In this document: positions 25,845 to 34,865 of the stretch, one piece after another
How positions within the stretch are numbered: the stretch's first letter is position 1
Layout of the letters: the number at the start of each line of letters is the position of its first letter
DNA from: Oscillospiraceae bacterium
GTDB taxonomy: Bacteria > Bacillota > Clostridia > Oscillospirales > CAG-272
Direction: 5' to 3'
Length of the DNA stretch: 64,000 nucleotides
NCBI GenBank assembly: GCA_015064685.1
Contig: SVRT01000007.1
Location: 5,361 to 69,360, forward strand
Program-made: the position numbers and the translations under genes
Notes under the pieces: model-generated
Told to the model about the DNA's origin: nothing
The model's database searches: none
Seen by the model: the letters and a program-made list of their open reading frames with translations, nothing else

Positions 25845-28800
25845 ATGGCAAAAACATTTTTACAGATTTTTGAAAAATACACGGCAAACGATTCTCAAAG
25901 GGAGATTCTTGCCAAAGCAGAGAATATAAAAATACAAGCGGACAGGGAAAACAGGATGCTCAACGCATCGGTCGATTTTCCCACGCTTGTATCAAAGGAC
26001 GAGCTTTATGAGATCGAAGCAGGGATAGCTAAAGCGTATCAATTGAATCTAGTCAAGATCATGCCGCACTATCCCGCATCATTTTTTGACGAAAGCTACG
26101 TTCCGGAGCTCATAAAGGAAACTGAAGCCGTTGGCATAGTTGCCAAGGGTTTTTTCAGCCAATACAGATTCAAGCTTGAGGATAACACGCTGACCTTTGA
26201 GATACCATTTTCGAAGGACGGTGTTGCGCTTCTTCACGATGCAAGAACCCCTGCAGTGATGCAAGCGATTATCTTTTCGGAGTTTGGTATTAATATAAAA
26301 GTCAATATTATTCATACGAATGACGAGGAGTTTCTCGCAAGCAATAATTCCTTGCAGCGAATGCTTGAGGAATACGATAAAAGGATGGCGCAGCAGGCAC
26401 GTGAATATGCTTCACATACGGCAAATGCTCAAAAATCTGAGCCTGTGGCTGAAATGCTCCCTAGAAAAACGACTTTGTATGAGGAAAACGCACACGCCGA
26501 CGTTAACGACGGAATATGCGTGATAGGAAACGCAAAATTTGATATTTCATCACCCGAATACGTAATTGGAGAGCCGTTTATTATTTCGCCCATATCAATT
26601 GCCGAGATAACAAGTCCGCAGAGAAATATCGTTATAGTCGGAACGGTTTTCGACTATACCCAGGAGCCTAACCGCGCGGGAGACAGAATGAATATTTCTT
26701 TCTCAATTACCGATCAGACCTCGTCGGTTGAGGTGAAATGCTTCGCTCCTATCGCCGAGGCAGACGAGATATCATCCAATATAAGCAACGGCGCTGTCCT
26801 CGCTATGAAGGGATATGCTAAAAAGGAGTTGCGAAAGGACAAGACCGAGGGAACTGATTTTCAGTTTTACTTCAACAATGTTGCGAAGATCAAAAAGCTT
26901 AAGCGAGAGGACAATGCACCGGTAAAGAGAGTCGAGCTTCATCTTCATACCAATATGTCTCATATGGACGCGCTGATCCCTCCCGACGTTGCGGTAAAGC
27001 AAGCAAAGGCGTGGGGGCATCCCGCAGTTGCTATTACCGACCACGGCACAGCACAGGGATACCAGGATGCAATGCTTGCATCGGAAAAGATAGGACAGAA
27101 GGTCATATACGGACTTGAAGCATATTTTGTAAATGATACCGCAGGTGCGATTTACGGCGCGTATAATGAAAGCTTTGATGCTGAAACGATAGTTTTTGAT
27201 ATTGAGACAACCGGTCTTTCTGTGCAGAATTGCAAAATAACCGAAATTGGAGCAGTAAAGATCAAGAACGGCGAAATAATCGATACATTTAACACGTTTG
27301 TCAACCCCGAGGCCCCGATACCCGAGGAGATCGTTGAGCTCACGTCGATTACCGACGAAATGGTAGCAGATGCGCCGAAAGTCAGAGAAGCGCTTGAAAT
27401 GTTTTTTGAGTTCATCGGTGGCGGCAGAAAGCTGCTCGTGGCTCACAATGCAAACTTTGATACCGGTTTTATCAGATATGCGGCAGAGGAGTGCGGTATG
27501 GAGTTTACAAATCCATATCTCGACACCGTCGCACTATCAAGATACATAAATCCGAGCTTAAAAAAGCATAAACTTGATGTTCTCGCCGAGTATTACGGGC
27601 TTGGCGATTTCAATCACCACAGAGCGTGCGACGATGCCGCTATGCTTGCAGCGATATACTTCAAGATGATCGAATCGATGCGCGAGCAGGATATAAAGAG
27701 TTTTGACCAGCTCAAGCGTGATATGAGTGCGAACTCTAACCCCTTGTCCCTTAAGCCATATCACCAGATCATACTTGTAAAAAACAAAGTCGGTCTTAAG
27801 AACCTCTACAAGCTTATTTCGTACGGTTTTTTGAAGTACTATAAGAGGCATCCGAGAATTCCGAAGACCGAGCTTGAAAAGCACCGCGAGGGACTGATCA
27901 TCGGATCTGCGTGTGAGGCGGGAGAGCTTTTCACAGCGATTCTCAATAACAAGCCCGAGGCGGAGATTGAAGAGATAGTCAACTTTTACGACTACCTCGA
28001 GATACAGCCTATATCAAATAACAGATTCCTGATAGCAGAGGAAAAGGCAAAGGACGATGAGGATCTTCGCAATTTTAACCGAAGAATCGTCGAATTGGGC
28101 GAAAAATACAATAAGCCCGTCGTTGCAACCTGTGACGCACATTTTCTCAACGATGAGGACGAGCTTTACAGAAAGATATTGCTCGCCGGTCAGAAGTTCA
28201 AGGACTTCGACAAGGAATCGCACCTTTACTATCGCACAACCGAGGAAATGCTAGAGGAATTCTCCTATCTCGGAGAGGAAAAGGCCTACGAAGTCGTTGT
28301 AACAAATACGAATATGATCAATGATATGATTGACAGCGACATTCGTCCCTTCCCGAAGGGAACTTTTACTCCCGCAATGGAGGGAGCAGAGGAGGATCTG
28401 ACCAGAATCTGCTACGAAAGAGCAAAATCCATGTATGGAGATCCGCTACCCGAGCTTGTCGCAAGCAGACTTGACAAGGAGCTGACTTCAATTATCAAAA
28501 ACGGCTTTGCGGTGCTTTATATGATCGCGCAAAAGCTTGTTTGGTACAGTGAAAGCCAGGGATATCTTGTTGGCTCGAGAGGATCTGTCGGCTCCTCTTT
28601 CGTTGCGTCTATGGCAGGTATATCAGAGGTCAACCCTCTGCCGCCGCATTATTGGTGCCCGAACTGTCGGTATAATGACTTTTCCAATCCCGATAAAGCG
28701 GGATCCGGATTTGACCTTCCCGATAAAAACTGCCCCAAGTGCGGCACAAAGCTCAATGCTGACGGACATCATATCCCGTTCGAAACCTTCCTCGGATTCT

Positions 28801-30248
28801 ACGGAGATAAATCCCCCGATATCGACCTTAACTTCTCGGGTGAGGTTCAGGGTAAAGTCCACAAATACACAGAGGAGCTTTTCGGAGCAGAGAACGTGTT
28901 CCGTGCAGGAACGGTAGGCACGCTTGCTGATAAGACCGCGTATGGATATGTTATGAAGTACCTTGAGGAAAAGGGAATCAGCCTTCCTCGCGCGGAGGTC
29001 AACAGAATAGTATCAAATTGCGTCGGCGTAAAGCGTTCAACGGGTCAGCACCCGGGTGGAATCGTCGTTGTGCCGAAAGAGTATGAGATATACGATTTCT
29101 GTCCCGTTCAGCACCCCGCAGATGACCCGAACTCTGATATAGTTACGACGCACTTCACATTTGAGTATCTCCACGATACACTTCTGAAGCTTGATGAGCT
29201 CGGACACGATATTCCGACCAAGTACAAGTATCTTGAGAAGTATTCAGGCAACACAAACGTTATGGAAGTTCCGATGAACGATAAATCTGTCTACGAGCTT
29301 TTCCTATCGACTAAGCCGCTTGGAGTTACTCCTGAGGATATCGGCTCATCGGTAGGAACGTACGGGCTTCCCGAGTTTGGTACGAAGTTTGTTATAGGAA
29401 TGATCGAGGAAGCAAAGCCGAAATCATTCTCAGACCTTTTGCAGATCTCCGGCCTTTCACACGGAACCGACGTATGGCTCGGAAATGCGCAGGAGCTTAT
29501 CAAAGATGGAATATGTGATATTTCACACGTTATCGGATGTCGTGATAACATAATGAACGACCTTATCGCATACGGTGTTGAAAAATCACATGCCTTCAAG
29601 ATAATGGAATCTGTTCGTAAAGGTAAGGGACTCACCCCCGAGTGGGAGGAGGAAATGAAAGCAGCAGGCGTTCCGGATTGGTATATCGGATCCTGTAAGA
29701 AGATCAAATACATGTTCCCGAAGGCTCACGCGGCTGCATACGTTATGTCGGCTATACGTCTTGGATGGTATAAGGTCCATATTCCGATTGCTTTCTACTG
29801 TGCAATGTTTACTGTTGCCCCGGGTGGATTTGATGCAGCAATAGTTATGGGTGGAAGACAGAAGGTCAGAGCTACAATCCAGGATATTGAGCAGAGAAAC
29901 AGAGAAAAGAAGGAAGTAACGCCTAAGGAGCTTCAAAGCATTCCTACGTTGCAGCTTGTCAACGAGGCAATGGCGAGAGGAATAAAGTTCCTTCCGATTA
30001 ATATCGTTAAATCCGAAGCATCTGCCTTCGTTCCCGAAAACGGAGCGATAAGAATGCCGTTCTCGGCACTCTCGGGACTCGGTGAAAATGCCGCAGCTAA
30101 TATTATCGCGGCACGTAATGAAGAGCCATTCTTCTCGATCGAGGACCTGCAGATAAGAGCAAAGTTGACAAAATCGGTCATTGAAGTGCTTCGAGCCAAC
30201 AAGGTGCTTGACGGACTTGATGAGACCGACCAGCTTAGCTTTTTCTAA
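25845..30248 (+). CDS. polC: DNA polymerase III PolC-type (Gram-positive replicative polymerase with 3'-5' exonuclease)
   Basis: 1467 aa. PHP domain (VELHLHTNMS), DEDDh exonuclease inserts (VFDIETTGL, HNANFDTGF, HRACDDA), Zn-finger CPNC...CPKCG and the pol III alpha core. Confidence 0.95.
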   Translation: MAKTFLQIFEKYTANDSQREILAKAENIKIQADRENRMLNASVDFPTLVSKDELYEIEAGIAKAYQLNLVKIMPHYPASFFDESYVPELIKETEAVGIVAKGFFSQYRFKLEDNTLTFEIPFSKDGVALLHDARTPAVMQAIIFSEFGINIKVNIIHTNDEEFLASNNSLQRMLEEYDKRMAQQAREYASHTANAQKSEPVAEMLPRKTTLYEENAHADVNDGICVIGNAKFDISSPEYVIGEPFIISPISIAEITSPQRNIVIVGTVFDYTQEPNRAGDRMNISFSITDQTSSVEVKCFAPIAEADEISSNISNGAVLAMKGYAKKELRKDKTEGTDFQFYFNNVAKIKKLKREDNAPVKRVELHLHTNMSHMDALIPPDVAVKQAKAWGHPAVAITDHGTAQGYQDAMLASEKIGQKVIYGLEAYFVNDTAGAIYGAYNESFDAETIVFDIETTGLSVQNCKITEIGAVKIKNGEIIDTFNTFVNPEAPIPEEIVELTSITDEMVADAPKVREALEMFFEFIGGGRKLLVAHNANFDTGFIRYAAEECGMEFTNPYLDTVALSRYINPSLKKHKLDVLAEYYGLGDFNHHRACDDAAMLAAIYFKMIESMREQDIKSFDQLKRDMSANSNPLSLKPYHQIILVKNKVGLKNLYKLISYGFLKYYKRHPRIPKTELEKHREGLIIGSACEAGELFTAILNNKPEAEIEEIVNFYDYLEIQPISNNRFLIAEEKAKDDEDLRNFNRRIVELGEKYNKPVVATCDAHFLNDEDELYRKILLAGQKFKDFDKESHLYYRTTEEMLEEFSYLGEEKAYEVVVTNTNMINDMIDSDIRPFPKGTFTPAMEGAEEDLTRICYERAKSMYGDPLPELVASRLDKELTSIIKNGFAVLYMIAQKLVWYSESQGYLVGSRGSVGSSFVASMAGISEVNPLPPHYWCPNCRYNDFSNPDKAGSGFDLPDKNCPKCGTKLNADGHHIPFETFLGFYGDKSPDIDLNFSGEVQGKVHKYTEELFGAENVFRAGTVGTLADKTAYGYVMKYLEEKGISLPRAEVNRIVSNCVGVKRSTGQHPGGIVVVPKEYEIYDFCPVQHPADDPNSDIVTTHFTFEYLHDTLLKLDELGHDIPTKYKYLEKYSGNTNVMEVPMNDKSVYELFLSTKPLGVTPEDIGSSVGTYGLPEFGTKFVIGMIEEAKPKSFSDLLQISGLSHGTDVWLGNAQELIKDGICDISHVIGCRDNIMNDLIAYGVEKSHAFKIMESVRKGKGLTPEWEEEMKAAGVPDWYIGSCKKIKYMFPKAHAAAYVMSAIRLGWYKVHIPIAFYCAMFTVAPGGFDAAIVMGGRQKVRATIQDIEQRNREKKEVTPKELQSIPTLQLVNEAMARGIKFLPINIVKSEASAFVPENGAIRMPFSALSGLGENAAANIIAARNEEPFFSIEDLQIRAKLTKSVIEVLRANKVLDGLDETDQLSFF

Positions 30249-30251
30249 ACC

Positions 30252-30287
30252 AAAAAGGGTTGAAGCCATACGGCTTCAACCCTTTTA
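30252..30287. terminator. bidirectional intrinsic terminator between polC (+) and the LRR gene (-)
   Basis: AAAAA-GGGTTGAAGCC-ATAC-GGCTTCAACCC-TTTT. Confidence 0.8.
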
Positions 30288-30289
30288 CT

Positions 30290-30949
30290 TTATGATACCT
30301 TTTTAACGTTACTTTCAAAAAATGAGTTCTGGTTCAGTACGGTACTACCTGAGATTTTAATTGATCCTATCGAATAGCAATACGCGAAGGCGAATTCATC
30401 AATATAGCGTAAAGACTGCGGAAAAACTATTCTTGAGAGATTTGTACATGCGTAAAACATACCGCTTGAGATTATCTTGAGACTGTCCGGAAGTGAGACC
30501 TCAAGAAGAGATGTGCATCCCTCAAATGCGGATGCGCCAATTTCTAAGATCCCATTAGGAAGAACAGCGGATGTCAACTCCGAGCAATAAGCAAATGCTT
30601 TTTTGCCTATTCTTTTTACTCTTGAGCCGATGCCTATGTCTGTCAGCACACCACATCCCATAAACGCCTTGTCGTCTATCTCGATGACGCCCGAAGCTTT
30701 GATAAATTCAAGCTTTGAGCACCATGAGAATGCCTGCTTTCCGATTCTTGAAACGGTATAGGGAAGAGTAATGCTGATAATTCGGTCACAGCGGCAAAAA
30801 GCCTTATCGTCCACTTCAGTGACGGTCTTTCCGTCAACGAATTCCGGGACAATTATGTGCTTGTCGTTACACGAGCCGACAGATGTGAGAATAGCGGTTC
30901 CGTTTTTACCGTAACGGAACTCAAGACCCGATGAAAAGCCGAAATTCAC
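30290..30949 (-). CDS. leucine-rich repeat protein (BspA-type LRR_5 repeats), no signal peptide or anchor
   Basis: 219 aa made almost entirely of ~23-aa repeats of the form I..(K/S)AF..C..L..I.LP..(L/V)..IG. GGAGG RBS. Confidence 0.75.
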   Translation of the reverse strand: MNFGFSSGLEFRYGKNGTAILTSVGSCNDKHIIVPEFVDGKTVTEVDDKAFCRCDRIISITLPYTVSRIGKQAFSWCSKLEFIKASGVIEIDDKAFMGCGVLTDIGIGSRVKRIGKKAFAYCSELTSAVLPNGILEIGASAFEGCTSLLEVSLPDSLKIISSGMFYACTNLSRIVFPQSLRYIDEFAFAYCYSIGSIKISGSTVLNQNSFFESNVKKVS

Positions 30950-31182
30950 AGTACTCTACCTCCTTTCAAGAAGCATTATTAAGCTACTATTTAGTACATT
31001 TTACACCAAAAGCTTCTTTTTGTCAACCCCAAACGCGTTTTTTATTGTTTTTGAGGGGACTACTCTGTAAAAATTCTATGATAATTATACATTTTTTATA
31101 ACAAAAATCTCATTTGTTAATTATTTTGTAATTATTATTTGTTAGAATGTAAGGTGAAGTAAAATGCAATCAGAGGTTGTAT

Positions 31183-31626
31183 ATGAGGACTAGGATTGAA
31201 ATAAAAAAACTTAATGAAAAAGCAATTATTCCCACCTACGGAACAGAGTTTTCGGCAGGTGCCGATATTTATGCACTGCTTGATGAGCCGGTAACTATTG
31301 CTCCCGGTGAAACGGTGTTCATCCATACCGGAATCGCGATCGCAATTCCCGAAGGACTCGTTGGATTGAACTTCGCACGTAGCGGAATGGCGGCAAAGCG
31401 CGGTCTTGCTCCTGCCAATAAGGTTGGAGTTATTGACAGTGATTACCGCGGAGAGGTCATGGTGGCTCTTCACAATCATGGCAAGGAGCCACAGACCGTC
31501 GAGCACGGAGACAGAGTGGCGCAGATGGTGTTTGTTCCTTACTATGCGGCAGATTTTGTTGAGGTGGATGAGCTTGATTCGACTGTTCGCGGAGAGGGCG
31601 GCTTTGGATCAACGGGAACGAAATAA
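31183..31626 (+). CDS. dut: dUTP diphosphatase
   Basis: SAGADIYA, RSGMAAKRGL, GVIDSDYRGE, RVAQMV and GGFGSTG are the five dUTPase motifs. ATG 31183 lies 6 nt after AGAGG. Confidence 0.9.
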   Translation: MRTRIEIKKLNEKAIIPTYGTEFSAGADIYALLDEPVTIAPGETVFIHTGIAIAIPEGLVGLNFARSGMAAKRGLAPANKVGVIDSDYRGEVMVALHNHGKEPQTVEHGDRVAQMVFVPYYAADFVEVDELDSTVRGEGGFGSTGTK

Positions 31627-31661
31627 AAAAACATAAAATAAATGAAAGTGAGAATATAAAA

Positions 31662-32879
31662 ATGACAAGAATTGATATTTTTTCGGGCTTTTTGGGCTCT
31701 GGTAAGACAACACTTATAAAGAAACTTCTCGAGGAGGCATATTCGGGCGAAAAGATCGTCCTTATAGAGAATGAGTTTGGTGAGATCGGAATTGACGGCG
31801 GATTCCTCGCAGAAGCCGGAATTCAGATAAATGAGATGAACTCTGGCTGTATCTGCTGCTCGCTTGTCGGTGATTTTGCCGCGGCTCTTCAGAAGGTGAT
31901 TTCCGAGTTCGCTCCTGACAGAATCCTCATCGAGCCCTCTGGAGTAGGTAAACTTTCCGATGTTATCAAGGCGGTCCAGGGAGCTGATACAGAGGGTGCA
32001 GTACTCAATGGGTTTACAACTGTCGTAGATGCGAAAAAGTGCAAGATGCATATGAAGAACTTTGGTGAGTTCTTCAACGACCAGGTTGAGAATGCCGCCT
32101 GCATCGTACTCAGCCACACGCAGAGCATAACCGATGAAAAGATCAAGGAGTGCGTTGAGCTTCTAAAGGCCCATAACGACACTGCAGTTATAGTTACCAC
32201 ACCTTGGGATCAGCTCACGGGTGCACAGCTTCTTGAGGCTATGGAGCGCAAATCTACGCTTGAGGCTGAGCTTAAGAGACTTGAAGAGCAGGCTCACGAA
32301 CATCACCATCATCACGAGCATCACCATCACGACGATGAGTGCTGTCACCACGATCACGAGCATCACCACCACGACGATGAGTGCTGTCACCACGATCACG
32401 AGCATCATCACCACGATGGAGAGTGCTGCCATCACGATCACGAGCATCACCACCACGACGGCGAGTGTTGTCACCACGATCACGAGCATCACCACCACGA
32501 CGGCGAGTGTTGTCACCACGATCACGAGCATCACCATCATCACGAGTATGATGAGCACGGAAATTGCTCTTGCGGACATCACCATCACGATGCCGATGAG
32601 GTGTTTGTAAGCTACGGCGCTGAAACTGTTAAGAAGTTTAATGCTGACACGCTTAGAGGCGTTCTTGAGAGCTTTACAGATACCGAGAAATACGGAATGG
32701 TTCTCAGAGCAAAGGGAATCGTTGCGGGAGATGACGGAAAGTGGATCCACTTTGACTATATTCCCGGAGAGCCCGACGTAAGATTCGGTTCGGCATCTGT
32801 AATAGGCAGACTTTGTGTCATAGGCTCGGGTCTCAAGAAGGATGCTATATCCGAGGCTATCGGTGTTGATTTTAAGTAA
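31662..32879 (+). CDS. COG0523-family (CobW/ZigA/YjiA-like) metallochaperone GTPase with an internal His/Cys-rich tandem-repeat insert
   Basis: Walker A GFLGSGKTT, metal-binding GCICCS, EPSGVG switch, and a CobW_C-like C-terminus (VLRAKGIV...IHFDYIPGE...RLCVIGSGL). A ~95-aa His/Cys/Asp/Glu stretch sits between the domains. Confidence 0.85.
   Translation: MTRIDIFSGFLGSGKTTLIKKLLEEAYSGEKIVLIENEFGEIGIDGGFLAEAGIQINEMNSGCICCSLVGDFAAALQKVISEFAPDRILIEPSGVGKLSDVIKAVQGADTEGAVLNGFTTVVDAKKCKMHMKNFGEFFNDQVENAACIVLSHTQSITDEKIKECVELLKAHNDTAVIVTTPWDQLTGAQLLEAMERKSTLEAELKRLEEQAHEHHHHHEHHHHDDECCHHDHEHHHHDDECCHHDHEHHHHDGECCHHDHEHHHHDGECCHHDHEHHHHDGECCHHDHEHHHHHEYDEHGNCSCGHHHHDADEVFVSYGAETVKKFNADTLRGVLESFTDTEKYGMVLRAKGIVAGDDGKWIHFDYIPGEPDVRFGSASVIGRLCVIGSGLKKDAISEAIGVDFK
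32316..32525 (+). repeat. five tandem 42-bp coding repeats (EHHHHD[D/G]ECCHHDH) inside the COG0523 gene
   Basis: The unit GAGCATCACCACCACGACG(A/G)(T/C)GAGTG(C/T)TGTCACCACGATCAC repeats head-to-tail five times. Copies 4 and 5 are identical, and copies 1-3 differ at only a few positions. Confidence 0.9.
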
Positions 32880-32901
32880 GTCAGTAAGAAAGGTGTAGAT
32901 T

Positions 32902-33852
32902 ATGCAACAGCCAACTATTCCCGTATATCTTTTTACGGGATTCCTTGAGGGTGGAAAAACCCATATAATTCAGGAATCTATGTGTGATGAGCGCTTCAAT
33001 ACGGGTGAAAAAACGCTTATCATTCTCTGCGAAGAGGGTATTGAGGAGCTTGACCCTACCTCCTTCAGCGGACAGAATATTTATCTGGCAACTCTTGACA
33101 GCGAGTCCGACGTGACCGTGGATAAGCTTGAAGAGTGTCGCGCGGGACACAAGATAGACCGAGTTATCATTGAGTATAACGGAATGTGGCAGCTCGGCAC
33201 TCTTTATGACAATCTTCCTGCGGATTGGTTCATTTTCCAGAATATGATGTTTGCGGATGCCAACACATTCTTTACCTATAACCAGAACATGAGAAGTCTT
33301 ATGGTAGACAAGCTTATGGACTGCGAAATGATAGTTTTGAACCGTACTCCCGACAACATCGACAAGGAGGAGGTACACAAGATTGTCCGCGGTGTCTCGA
33401 GACGTGCAACCATTACCTATGATTATCCCGATGGACACGTTGAATACGATGAGATCGAGGATCCGCTACCTTTTGATATCGACGCTCCCGTGATCGTTAT
33501 AGACGATGAGGACTATGCGGTATGGTATCGCGATATGAGTGAGGAGATGGAGAAATACGAGGGAAAGACGGTGAAATTCAAGGGAATCGTTGCAAGAGAC
33601 TTAAAGCTCGGCAAGGATGCTCTCGTTATCGGACGTCACGTTATGACCTGCTGTGTTGAGGATATCGCATATCAGGGACTTGTGTGCAAATTCAAATCAA
33701 ATGTGGCATATAAGACGCGCGATTGGATAAACGTCCAGGGAAAGATAAAGATAGAGAAGAACAAGCTCTATGGCAGACCGGGTCCCGTTATTTATGCTGA
33801 AACGAGTGCTTATACCGATAAGCCCGAAAAAGAGGTTGCGACGTTTTATTGA
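32902..33852 (+). CDS. COG0523-like P-loop NTPase lacking the CxCC motif, fused to a YcgQ/DUF1980 (TIGR03943)-like C-terminal domain
   Basis: N-terminal VYLFTGFLEGGKTHII (Walker A GxxxxGKT). No GCxCC equivalent (LILCEEG). The C-terminal ~110 aa (GKTVKFKGIVARD...LVIGRHVMTCCVEDIAYQGLVC...WINVQGKI) resembles, from memory, the conserved C-terminal domain of DUF1980 proteins with its xCCxxD motif. Confidence 0.65.
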   Translation: MQQPTIPVYLFTGFLEGGKTHIIQESMCDERFNTGEKTLIILCEEGIEELDPTSFSGQNIYLATLDSESDVTVDKLEECRAGHKIDRVIIEYNGMWQLGTLYDNLPADWFIFQNMMFADANTFFTYNQNMRSLMVDKLMDCEMIVLNRTPDNIDKEEVHKIVRGVSRRATITYDYPDGHVEYDEIEDPLPFDIDAPVIVIDDEDYAVWYRDMSEEMEKYEGKTVKFKGIVARDLKLGKDALVIGRHVMTCCVEDIAYQGLVCKFKSNVAYKTRDWINVQGKIKIEKNKLYGRPGPVIYAETSAYTDKPEKEVATFY

Positions 33853-33853
33853 T

Positions 33854-33885
33854 AAAAAATGCTCTCTTCTGAGAGCATTTTTTTA
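33854..33885. terminator. bidirectional intrinsic terminator between the second GTPase gene (+) and the araC-type gene (-)
   Basis: AAAAA-ATGCTCTC-TTCT-GAGAGCAT-TTTTTTT. Confidence 0.75.
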
Positions 33886-34683
33886 TTTGTATTCTTTATT
33901 ATGTATTTGAAATCTTTTAGGTGACACTCCAAAATACTTTTTAAACTTCAATGAAAAGTAATTACTGTCATTAAACCCACAAGACTCGGCAATTTCAGTA
34001 ATAGGTGCGGTGTTTAACTGTTTCAACATCTGCTCTGCCTTCTGAAGCCTTAAAATATTCAGATATTCGCTGAAATTAAAGCCCGTCCTTTGTTTGAACA
34101 CTCGTGAAAAATGCTCGGGGCTGACAAAGTATCTTGATGCTATATCCGAAAGAGTGATATCGGATGTGAAATTCGTTTGCAGGTATTCAAGAGCATAGTC
34201 GATATAATGTCTGTCCTCCTGCGGAGAGCAGAGATTGGGATTGCGAAGAAGCAGAAAAAAAAGCATTGAGGTATAGCACTTGAATATCTCCTCGCTCATT
34301 TCATCTGTGTTGGCGTATTCTATCTCGATCTTTTTGAATATTTCACTTATTTCATCGGCAATATTCGGGTTTCTATAAAGGTGAAGAAGGGAATCAAGCC
34401 TCGGCTTTGCGATCTCGGGGATAAAGTGATCCGAACAACTTATAAGCATACGGGAATACACGGTATTCTGATATTGTGTGTTGTGCATAACACCTGCCGG
34501 GATCATAATTATGTCGCCCGGCATCAGGTGGTAGACCTTATTTTCAATAAAGTAAACGCAATTGCCCTTTGTGATGAAATATATCTCGAAATGCGTGTGG
34601 CTGTGTTTGCGCATAGTACGCTTGCCTATCTGCTCGATCTCGTCGTCTCGGTCAAAATAAAATTCCTTAATCTGGTCGTTCAT
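33883..34683 (-). CDS. AraC family transcriptional regulator (cupin sensor + HTH_18), divergent from the hexuronate operon
   Basis: N-terminal cupin (HSHTHFEIYFITKG...GDIIMIPAGVMH). C-terminal AraC HTH (LSDIASRYFVSPEHFSRVFKQRTG...ITEIAESCGFNDSNYFSLKFKKYFGVSPKRF). Confidence 0.85.
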   Translation of the reverse strand: MNDQIKEFYFDRDDEIEQIGKRTMRKHSHTHFEIYFITKGNCVYFIENKVYHLMPGDIIMIPAGVMHNTQYQNTVYSRMLISCSDHFIPEIAKPRLDSLLHLYRNPNIADEISEIFKKIEIEYANTDEMSEEIFKCYTSMLFFLLLRNPNLCSPQEDRHYIDYALEYLQTNFTSDITLSDIASRYFVSPEHFSRVFKQRTGFNFSEYLNILRLQKAEQMLKQLNTAPITEIAESCGFNDSNYFSLKFKKYFGVSPKRFQIHNKEYK

Positions 34684-34865
34684 ATATCAAAAAATCCTTG
34701 TATTTTTGTTTGATATGCTTATTTTATCATAAAATATCAAAAAAATCAAGAAAAACCACTCAATTAGTCAAATGTTTTAAGGAAATTTCTGTTTTTTTGA
34801 TATATAATTTATATATAGAGAGATGTTTCTATGTATTTAAAAAAATATGTACGGAGGTAACGGAT

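Noticed and set aside
31627-31661. Zur/Fur-type operator upstream of the COG0523 pair
   Set aside because: The 35-nt gap after dut is A-rich without a recognisable palindrome, so no regulatory site can be supported from the sequence.
32316-32525. Possibility that the regular 42-bp repeats are a CRISPR array
   Set aside because: The repeats are directly adjacent with no spacers. They are in frame within a conserved gene and not palindromic, and no cas genes are in the window.
32163-32750. Alternative-frame ORFs across the His/Cys repeat (VVVMLVIVV... on minus; ITITSITTTT... at 32221-32610 on plus)
   Set aside because: They are periodic low-complexity translations produced by reading the 42-bp repeat in other frames. 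The COG0523 frame has conserved flanking domains.
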